DNA of 24,832 bases from a virus (Duplodnaviria; Caudoviricetes): positions 1 to 24,832 of the IMG/VR virus record IMGVR_UViG_3300017766_005104; one strand, 5' to 3'. Shown here piece by piece: positions 1-6,055 of the stretch; the first letter of the stretch is position 1; each line of letters opens with the position of its first letter. The position numbers and the translations under genes are program-made. The notes under the pieces are model-generated. The model saw only the letters and a list, made by a program, of their open reading frames with translations. It searched no databases and was not told the origin of the DNA.

Positions 1-1341
1 AAGTTTTCTATATCCACTGACTCTAATTCCACTCAAGCGTTTACTGTTGACACCTCAGGCCGAGTAGGGATTGGCCTCACGAGCCCTGCCACAACCCTAG
101 ATGTCAATGGCGACGTAACCATCGCCGACAAGATTATCCACGGCGGCGACACTAATACTGCAATTCGATTCCCCGCTGCGGATACTGTTTCGGTTGAGAC
201 TGCTGGCAGTGAACGCGCCCGCATCGACAGCTCCGGCAGGCTGTTAGTTGGCACGTCTAGTGGTGTTAGCGCAGCTTTTGTCAACAGCTCAATTCAAGCT
301 CATGGTATTACCGGTGATGCTTCTTCGGTAACTCTTTACCGCTTCACAACATCTGCAACTGCCGCTGCAACCCCACGACTTGTAATGGCAAGAAGTGGAT
401 CAGACTCCAAAGACTTTACGGTCGTCGCTAATGGCAACCGCTTGGGCCAGCTTAATTTTGTTGGCGCAGACGGAACGCAATTTATTAGTGCTGCGTCTAT
501 TGACTGCGAGGTAGACGGCACCCCCGGCACTAACGACATGCCGGGCCGCTTAGTGTTCTCCACTACCGCCGACGGAGCGAGTAGCCCGACGGAGCGGGTT
601 CGCGTCACGAGCGGGGGGTATTTTAAGGCGAGTAACAGCGGAACGTACAGAAGTACAACAGATGCATATCATGAGCTATTGCAAGATACCACTAGCACCA
701 GTTGCTTAACTTCTAGTGCTAGTAACGCAAGTTATGCCTCTTGGATTCATCAGCTAGATGCAGCGAGGGCCGCAAATACCGCGTATAGCTTTGTTGTTGC
801 AAGATCAAGCTATACAGGTTCGGCTGATAATGAATTTAACCTTCGGGGCGATGGCACAGGACTCTGCGACGGAGCCTGGACTGGCGGCGGCGCTGACTAT
901 GCTGAATACTTTGAGTGGAGCGACGGCAATCCAGATGCCGACGACCGTCGTGGTATTGCTGTAGTGCTTGATGGCGATAAGATCCGCCCAGCCCTTGCTG
1001 GCGAAGACCCCATCGGTGTGATCTCCGGCAACCCAAGCGTCGTTGGCGACTCTGCCTGGAACAAGTGGAGCGGCAAGTACCTGCGCGATGACTACGGCAC
1101 CTACATCCTTGAGGACTACGAAGTCGAGGATGAAGACGGCAATACCGTCATCCAACAGCGACGCAAGCTCAACCCTGCCTACGACCCTGACGTGGAATAC
1201 ACCTCCCGCGAAGAACGCCCTGAGTGGGATTGCGTGGGTCTGATGGGCAAGCTCCGCATCCGCAAAGGTCAGCCAACCGGAAGCCGCTGGATTAAGATGC
1301 GCGACATCAGCGATTCCGTTGAGGAATGGTTAGTTCGCTGA
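1..1341 (+). CDS. Tail fibre/tailspike protein, 5'-truncated, with C-terminal Peptidase_G2-type autoproteolytic intramolecular chaperone
   Basis: Frame 1 is open from base 1 (KFSISTDS...GRVGIGLTSPATTLDVNGD...ERARIDSSGRLLVGTSS) into the listed 385..1341 ORF. Beta-rich fibre repeats; C-terminal ADYAEYFEWSDGNP...DRRG...IGVIS...VGLMGKL motif. Confidence 0.88.
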   Translation, partial: KFSISTDSNSTQAFTVDTSGRVGIGLTSPATTLDVNGDVTIADKIIHGGDTNTAIRFPAADTVSVETAGSERARIDSSGRLLVGTSSGVSAAFVNSSIQAHGITGDASSVTLYRFTTSATAAATPRLVMARSGSDSKDFTVVANGNRLGQLNFVGADGTQFISAASIDCEVDGTPGTNDMPGRLVFSTTADGASSPTERVRVTSGGYFKASNSGTYRSTTDAYHELLQDTTSTSCLTSSASNASYASWIHQLDAARAANTAYSFVVARSSYTGSADNEFNLRGDGTGLCDGAWTGGGADYAEYFEWSDGNPDADDRRGIAVVLDGDKIRPALAGEDPIGVISGNPSVVGDSAWNKWSGKYLRDDYGTYILEDYEVEDEDGNTVIQQRRKLNPAYDPDVEYTSREERPEWDCVGLMGKLRIRKGQPTGSRWIKMRDISDSVEEWLVR

Positions 1342-1348
1342 GGCCGTG

Positions 1349-1363
1349 TAGGCCTACTCACTG
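1349..1363. repeat. Boundary site 1 (TAGG-cctactc-ACTG) of a TAGT-N7-ACTA-like motif
   Basis: Resembles the sites at 2141 and 2920; lies 7 bp after the tail fibre stop. Confidence 0.4.
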
Positions 1364-1377
1364 CGAGGCGTGGCTCG

Positions 1378-1400
1378 ACTATCTGGAATTACCGGATAGT
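1378..1400. repeat. Intergenic inverted repeat ACTATCTGG-aatta-CCGGATAGT
   Basis: 9-bp arms with one mismatch, 5-nt spacer. Confidence 0.6.
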
Positions 1401-1407
1401 GGGGCTC

Positions 1408-1510
1408 AGCATTAAAAAGCGGCAGGATGTCACCCCCGCCGCTCTTGCGACTGGATCTCACCCCAGCCGCTTTGCTGCTTTCTGTTCAGCCGCAGCACTG
1501 TAGCACATGG
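1408..1510. repeat. 103-bp direct repeat, copy 1 (copy 2 at 2558-2660)
   Basis: Manual ungapped alignment at offset 1150 shows 7 mismatches in 103 bp. Confidence 0.97.
1412..1490 (-). ncRNA. Putative ~80-nt small RNA, copy 1: two hairpins with GUGAGA and GUGACA loops, ending in a U-tract
   Basis: On the minus strand: TGTG-C-TACAGT extended -10 (1507-1497), 9-bp stem (1470-1447), 10-bp stem (1443-1418), then TTTT. Stems close fully only with minus-strand G-U pairs. Confidence 0.65.
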
Positions 1511-1516
1511 TATGGT
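1497..1516. promoter_or_regulatory. Back-to-back extended -10 elements: minus TGTGcTACAGT (1507-1497) and plus TGgTATGGT (1508-1516)
   Basis: Both match TGnTAnnnT; they point to the sRNA and to the 1570 gene respectively. Confidence 0.5.
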
Positions 1517-1569
1517 GGGTGGGCAGGCGTGCGTCAACACCCTGCCCTGGCCACAGTTCCCTAGAAACC

Positions 1570-1926
1570 ATGACCCAAGAATCTTATAGGCATCCCATAA
1601 CCCCACCGCCGTGGCGAGTGCAGGAGTGGGGAGAAGAAGCTGCTCGCCGTCAATACACAGGTTCCGAAACAGACCAGCACATTGCGACTGAAGCCGCCCA
1701 ATGGGGCGCAGACACTGAGCTAGAGGCGTGCTGTCTGTGGGTGAACTCCGTTGATGACGACGATTGTTTTGGTGCAAACCTCCGCGCTGCCCGCCGCCCC
1801 AAGCCGCCGAGTTTGAAGGAGCAGGCCATTGCAGAGCTGGACGACGCTGTGATGAGGGGTGACTGCATCACTGTGTCTGAGGCACTGCCCACCATCCGCC
1901 GCGCCTTGGAGCAACTCGATGACTGA
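1570..1926 (+). CDS. Phage hypothetical protein, 'HPITPPP...AAQWGAD.ELEAC...RRPKPPSLKEQA' family (paralog of 2164..2556)
   Basis: ATG at 1570 (MTQESYRHPITPPP) aligns with the paralog's start; four shared blocks. Confidence 0.8.
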   Translation: MTQESYRHPITPPPWRVQEWGEEAARRQYTGSETDQHIATEAAQWGADTELEACCLWVNSVDDDDCFGANLRAARRPKPPSLKEQAIAELDDAVMRGDCITVSEALPTIRRALEQLDD

Positions 1927-2143
1927 CGAACCGTATGTGGGTGAGTTTCGCTGGCAGGGAGAGCCTCAGAACTCTCCTGTTGAGCTATGGGACGGAAAAC
2001 AGTGGGTACTTGTAGGCGGTTCCTTGCCAACGGATGAAGAGCTTTTTGATCTGGCGGAGAAGTACGCAGATGACAACGGGTTGCTAGGGCTGCACAACGC
2101 GCCTGGTTTTGCCCGCGCCGTTCTTGATCGCTGGGGCAAGTAG
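1919..2143 (+). CDS. Hypothetical protein (PTDEEL...FARAVLDRWG type)
   Basis: ATG at 1919 overlaps the end of the upstream gene; its TAG stop lies within boundary site 2. Confidence 0.7.
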   Translation: MTDEPYVGEFRWQGEPQNSPVELWDGKQWVLVGGSLPTDEELFDLAEKYADDNGLLGLHNAPGFARAVLDRWGK

Positions 2144-2155
2144 TCATTACCACTA
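2141..2155. repeat. Boundary site 2 (TAGT-cattacc-ACTA)
   Basis: Perfect 4-bp inverted arms around a 7-bp spacer; its TAG is the upstream stop codon. Confidence 0.5.
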
Positions 2156-2163
2156 ATCACACC

Positions 2164-2556
2164 ATGACGCAACAACATCCCATCACCCCACCGCCAGAGC
2201 TTGTGCAGCAGTGGACTGCTGACATTTTCGGAGACGCCCAAGAGTGCTTCTCTTGCGAAGTCGAGTTCGCCAACAGAGCCGCCCAATGGGGAGCCGACAT
2301 GGAGCTGGCGGCCTGTTGCAGACAACTCACGGATCCCAAGTGGTACGACGAAATCAAGAACTTGCGTGGGCCCTTCCGCGCAGCAGAGCTCCGCGCCATC
2401 CGCCGCCCCAAGCCGCCAAGCTTGAAGGAACAGGCGCTGTCGCTCGTTGAGCAGCACGAAGACGGCTGGCGGCCGTCACCCAAGGACTGGGACACCATCC
2501 GCCGCGCATTGGAGGCACTGCCCGACAGCATTGTCGTATTTCCTTCTCAGTGTTAA
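2164..2556 (+). CDS. Phage hypothetical protein, paralog of 1570..1926
   Basis: MTQQHPITPPPELVQQW...AAQWGADMELAACC...RRPKPPSLKEQAL...TIRRALE. Confidence 0.82.
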   Translation: MTQQHPITPPPELVQQWTADIFGDAQECFSCEVEFANRAAQWGADMELAACCRQLTDPKWYDEIKNLRGPFRAAELRAIRRPKPPSLKEQALSLVEQHEDGWRPSPKDWDTIRRALEALPDSIVVFPSQC

Positions 2557-2557
2557 A

Positions 2558-2660
2558 AGCATTAAAAAGCGGCAGGATGTCACCCCCACCGCTCTTGCAA
2601 CTGGATCTCACTCCAGTCGCTTTGCTGCTTTCTGATCAGCCCCAGCACTGTAGCACACGG
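2558..2660. repeat. 103-bp direct repeat, copy 2
   Basis: 96/103 identical to 1408-1510. Confidence 0.97.
2562..2640 (-). ncRNA. Putative twin-hairpin small RNA, copy 2
   Basis: Same promoter, stems, loops and U-tract as copy 1; all four in-stem substitutions keep pairing. Confidence 0.65.
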
Positions 2661-2733
2661 CAGGTATCAGCATGTATTACCTGAAAACAGGAATCAGCTA
2701 ATACTTGCCCGCTTACGACCCGTCTCAATTTCC

Positions 2734-2922
2734 ATGTCTGAACTTTCCTCCGCCGCGCAGGCGGTGATTACTGCCAGCAACTGTGCTGGGTCTCGAATCG
2801 TGCAGTTGCACATTGCCGCCGCCCTGCGAGCCGCTGCGGATGAGGTATGCCTCCGTTGGGCTGAGCTGAAACATCCTGCAGATGTTTTGAACACCATCGC
2901 TGACGAGCTTGAAGCCTCGTAG
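2734..2922 (+). CDS. Hypothetical protein (LSSAAQAV...AAALRAAADEV...IADELE type)
   Basis: 62-aa ORF with ATG start; TAG stop lies within boundary site 3. Confidence 0.72.
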   Translation: MSELSSAAQAVITASNCAGSRIVQLHIAAALRAAADEVCLRWAELKHPADVLNTIADELEAS

Positions 2923-2934
2923 TCACCTTCTCTA
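2920..2934. repeat. Boundary site 3 (TAGT-caccttc-TCTA)
   Basis: Same geometry as site 2 with one arm mismatch; its TAG is the upstream stop codon. Confidence 0.5.
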
Positions 2935-3001
2935 GGGTGGACAGCCGACCCTTCCCAACTGGCTGTAACCCTCCTACTCTGTACCAGTCTGGTTCTTCAT
3001 C

Positions 3002-3313
3002 ATGGCCACCACCTTTACGTGGGGTATCAACACCCTTGAACGCGAAACCGACGACGGCTTTGTGTTTACCGCTCACTACACCGTCAACGCTGAAGACGGC
3101 ACCTACTCGGCTGGCGCATATGGCAGCATCGGCTTTCAGCGCCCCGACAACCTGATCCCGTACAACCAACTCGACGAGCCAACTGTGATCGACTGGGTCA
3201 AGGAAGCCCTAGGCGGTGACGAAAAAATTGCCGAGATCGAAGCTGCACTGCAAGCTCAACTTGACGAGCAGCGCCATCCGTCTAAAGCCGCTGGTGTGCC
3301 TTGGGCATCCTGA
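3002..3313 (+). CDS. Conserved tail-fibre-associated phage protein (DUF7936-like)
   Basis: TFTWGINTLER...AHYTV...GAYGSIG...IPYNQL...VIDWVK..LG...GVPW pattern, recognised from memory. Confidence 0.7.
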   Translation: MATTFTWGINTLERETDDGFVFTAHYTVNAEDGTYSAGAYGSIGFQRPDNLIPYNQLDEPTVIDWVKEALGGDEKIAEIEAALQAQLDEQRHPSKAAGVPWAS

Positions 3314-3408
3314 TCGCTGCTTTGGCACTCCTACTAATCTGCCTGATTATTGCAGGCATGATTTGGCAGTGGTGCCATACTTCTGATTGGCAAGATCGTT
3401 ACTACTAA
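3301..3408 (+). CDS. 35-aa single-TM membrane peptide (MGILIAALALLLICLIIAGMIWQWCHTSDWQDRYY)
   Basis: Manual translation from TTG 3301; fills the gap up to the terminator; below the ORF-track cutoff. Confidence 0.55.
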   Translation: MGILIAALALLLICLIIAGMIWQWCHTSDWQDRYY

Positions 3409-3413
3409 CTAAC

Positions 3414-3441
3414 AGCCGGCGTCAATAGCCGGCTTTTTATT
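3414..3441 (+). terminator. Rho-independent terminator
   Basis: AGCCGGC-gtcaata-GCCGGCT followed by TTTTATT. Confidence 0.85.
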
Positions 3442-3508
3442 GATTTACCCCGAGCCCGTTCTAAGGTCATGCACACATGTAAGCTAACCTCAGGTCCCTA
3501 AGACTTCA

Positions 3509-3646
3509 TTGGCAACAAAAGCAAAAACCGGCACCGGCCGGCTTGACCACCAAGCTGGTCGCCCCAAAACCACCCGAGACGGGTACGGCCAGAACAGTCG
3601 TCCTCGGAGACGCGGCAAGAAAAAACGCGTCGGCCAGGGTCGCTAA
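3509..3646 (+). CDS. 45-aa highly basic protein (MATKAKTGTGRLDHQAGRPKTTRDGYGQNSRPRRRGKKKRVGQGR)
   Basis: Manual translation from TTG 3509 to TAA 3646; R/K-rich, ends in GQGR. Confidence 0.65.
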   Translation: MATKAKTGTGRLDHQAGRPKTTRDGYGQNSRPRRRGKKKRVGQGR

Positions 3647-3677
3647 TCTGAGAAAAAGGTCAGCGGCATGCCTTGTA

Positions 3678-3929
3678 ATGGAGCACTTCGACGAGGCACC
3701 CGTTAGCACCAAACCCCCTGAAAACCCCTTCAACCAAATCGTGCCAGCTCTGTTGACCGCTGCAGTGGTCGGCCTAGCTGGCCTTTTTATGCAAGTCGCC
3801 AAGCTAGACCAGTCCGTCAGCACCGTCGCCGCCGACATCCAAGAACTCAAAAACGACTCCAAAGAACGGCTCACCGATCTCGAAACCCGCGTGCGTCACA
3901 TCGAAATGACCGTCGGCAGCAAAAAATGA
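3678..3929 (+). CDS. Single-TM plus coiled-coil protein, possible holin or lysis accessory
   Basis: ATG 3678; IVPALLTAAVVGLAGLFM TM segment followed by heptad region; close to the endolysin. Confidence 0.6.
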   Translation: MEHFDEAPVSTKPPENPFNQIVPALLTAAVVGLAGLFMQVAKLDQSVSTVAADIQELKNDSKERLTDLETRVRHIEMTVGSKK

Positions 3930-4111
3930 GCGTCGTCAACACCACCGACTACGGCAACGGCTTCAGCCTGGATCAGCTGGAAAACGAGCGCGGCGAACTG
4001 TACTACCGCGCCTGCAAAGACAGCATCTGCCGCTACGCCGAGGACCACTACATCGCAATGATGTACCTCGAAGGCATGGGCTGGGACTTTAAGCAAACTC
4101 CCCTGGCTTAG
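3926..4111 (+). CDS. Hypothetical protein
   Basis: ATGA overlap with the upstream gene; typical codon usage. Confidence 0.7.
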   Translation: MSVVNTTDYGNGFSLDQLENERGELYYRACKDSICRYAEDHYIAMMYLEGMGWDFKQTPLA

Positions 4112-4247
4112 CCCCAAAATCCGGCCCCGGGTCCCGCCCCGTCTTCAACACCGCCACCGCCCTCGCATAGAACGGGCTGCTGGTCTTACCTGCGCGCTCC
4201 AGGGCCTCCTTCACCTTCGCCCAGTTCTCCCGAGTGCGGTCGTCCAT
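4089..4247 (-). CDS. Small hypothetical protein (MDDRTRENWAKVKEALERAGKTSSPFYARAVAVL...)
   Basis: ATG coupled to the endolysin stop (TGATG); 52 aa. Confidence 0.7.
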   Translation of the reverse strand: MDDRTRENWAKVKEALERAGKTSSPFYARAVAVLKTGRDPGPDFGAKPGEFA

Positions 4248-5386
4248 CAGTACAGCCACTCGGCTGCAGGCCTGGCACCGGCCCCAGGAACGAAACCTCC
4301 GCCCCCGCGCGTGTCCATATGCACGAAGCCGCGTGGTCGCCCATCGCCCAGACCCCCAGTCCACCTGACTTTTATCCACTGGTAGAAGCTGTCCAGGCTC
4401 CGGTCCACTGGGTAGAGGTCGAACGCCTCCCCGAGGACGTGCCTCGAGCCCGGTACCCCTCCCACCTGGGCATTGATCGGCTCCGGCCTGTAGAAGCTCG
4501 TCACCCCCAGGGGCCGCCCCCACGCCTCGCGCACTCGCTGAAACTCCGCCGCAGTGCGCAGCAACCGCGTCCGCACCGACGACGTCGGCCCTGGAATTCG
4601 CCGCCGGTCCCACTGCAAGATCTCACCCACAGTCAGATTTGGCGTTACTAGACAGTTGAAGTCGCCCCAATCGACATCAGGGCGCATGAACTCCCCCGAG
4701 CCGATCACCTTCCGCCAGTGTGGCTCGAACACAAACCAAGTCCCGGCCCCCGCCGCCAACTCCACCCGCGCATGCCCATCCGCCGGCCGCTCCGTGTATG
4801 CAACCACTGCATAATCTTTCCCGACGGGCACCAGAACCTTCTCCTTCTCACCGAGCTCGGCAGCCGGAACTGGCTCCTTCTTCAGCCATGTCACATGCAC
4901 CGCCTCGATCCGGTACAAGATCGACTTTGGCTCCGCCTTAACCACAGGCTTGCTCACCACCGAGGACGGTGCCCGCTCATCCATCAGCTTGATCAACTTC
5001 TCTGCGTAGGTCGGATCTGTCGCGTACCCCTGATCCACCAACGCCTTCGCCGCATCCTCTCGCGTCGCCGCCCGATTCACACCTTCGTATTTGTCCCAGT
5101 CCTTATACCATCGAGTAACCAAGTACCTCACACACGCCCCGAGATCCGAGAAGTCAATAAATTCTGCCGTTATAGTTATCCACTTTCCATCTACAAACTC
5201 TTTAGTTTCTTTACCTGTTCCAGTACCCTTCAAACCAAAATAATTATGTTTACCACTCGTGTGCTTCCCGTAGCCACTCTCAAGTGCCCACTGTGCTGCC
5301 ACAAGCTCGGGGTATTTAGCCCCAGCATCTTCCCCTGCCTGCCGCACACCCTCCCAGGTGTTCGAGTACGTCTTGCGAGTAGCCAC
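4247..5386 (-). CDS. Endolysin: N-terminal GH73 glucosaminidase/FlgJ-like domain plus C-terminal peptidase M15A domain
   Basis: AAQWALESGYG, NYFGLKG and GYATDPTY motifs; SFYR...N..VGG...SRH..GEAFD and FVHMDTR motifs. Confidence 0.9.
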   Translation of the reverse strand: MATRKTYSNTWEGVRQAGEDAGAKYPELVAAQWALESGYGKHTSGKHNYFGLKGTGTGKETKEFVDGKWITITAEFIDFSDLGACVRYLVTRWYKDWDKYEGVNRAATREDAAKALVDQGYATDPTYAEKLIKLMDERAPSSVVSKPVVKAEPKSILYRIEAVHVTWLKKEPVPAAELGEKEKVLVPVGKDYAVVAYTERPADGHARVELAAGAGTWFVFEPHWRKVIGSGEFMRPDVDWGDFNCLVTPNLTVGEILQWDRRRIPGPTSSVRTRLLRTAAEFQRVREAWGRPLGVTSFYRPEPINAQVGGVPGSRHVLGEAFDLYPVDRSLDSFYQWIKVRWTGGLGDGRPRGFVHMDTRGGGGFVPGAGARPAAEWLY

Positions 5387-5409
5387 AGATTTCGCGCAGA
5401 TACTTCACG

Positions 5410-5634
5410 CTACCGGCGCCGCTGCACCTCACGCCAATAGCGGTCCTCAACCTTGCCCTGCCAAGCCTGGTACTGCGACATACGTGCCGACGCCCGAGCT
5501 CGTTTCTTCCGCAGGTTCCAGTCATAAAAAAACTGGGCATCCTCCACCAAGCGATGAAGGAGCCCATTTGGTAAACGCTCTGCGATTCGGTTAAGCCGAG
5601 CCAACAACCGAGAACGCAGCTCGCTCTCGTCCAT
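5410..5634 (-). CDS. Hypothetical basic protein
   Basis: ATG 5634 coupled (TGATG) to the AbrB-like stop. Confidence 0.6.
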   Translation of the reverse strand: MDESELRSRLLARLNRIAERLPNGLLHRLVEDAQFFYDWNLRKKRARASARMSQYQAWQGKVEDRYWREVQRRR

Positions 5635-6014
5635 CAACCAGCCACAGCCACAGACTTACTGGAGGCTTTCACGCTCGCTGCAGATTGAGGCACAAGCCGA
5701 ATTGCATCATCCTCGATCACGATCTGCAGTTCATCGCCCGGCTCCACACCAAACTTCTCCGAGTACGTCTTGCCTACCAAAATCACACCATTACGATGGA
5801 CGGTAGTCATAAACTGCGCTGCTTTACCAGGCTTCTTGCTGGTTTTCAGCTTTACACCTTTAGCTTCAAGCAGTGCCTCGTGCAACTTACCGATGAGCAA
5901 GCGCTCATTACCCTTATCCGTATTGCGCACGTAGCCAGCCTCGCGAGCTAGCTCGGCTTGATCCATGTCCGCATTGGCTTTCACAAATGAAAGCAGGTCT
6001 TGCCCAGTGAGCAT
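5634..6014 (-). CDS. abrB: Cyanobacterial-type AbrB-like transcriptional regulator (cyAbrB)
   Basis: MLTGQDLL..VK...LAREAGY...EALLEAKG and TTVHRNGVILVGKTY...PGDE..I......IRL match the cyAbrB pattern; ATG at 6014. Confidence 0.85.
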   Translation of the reverse strand: MLTGQDLLSFVKANADMDQAELAREAGYVRNTDKGNERLLIGKLHEALLEAKGVKLKTSKKPGKAAQFMTTVHRNGVILVGKTYSEKFGVEPGDELQIVIEDDAIRLVPQSAASVKASSKSVAVAG

Positions 6015-6055
6015 GAGTGGTAAAACGCTACGAAAACAGCGTATCACACAAAGCT

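Noticed and set aside
1408-2660. The 103-bp repeat pair near a tail fibre as a DGR template/variable repeat
   Set aside because: The seven differences are not confined to adenines of one copy on one strand, neither copy lies in a gene's 3' end, and no reverse transcriptase is in the window.
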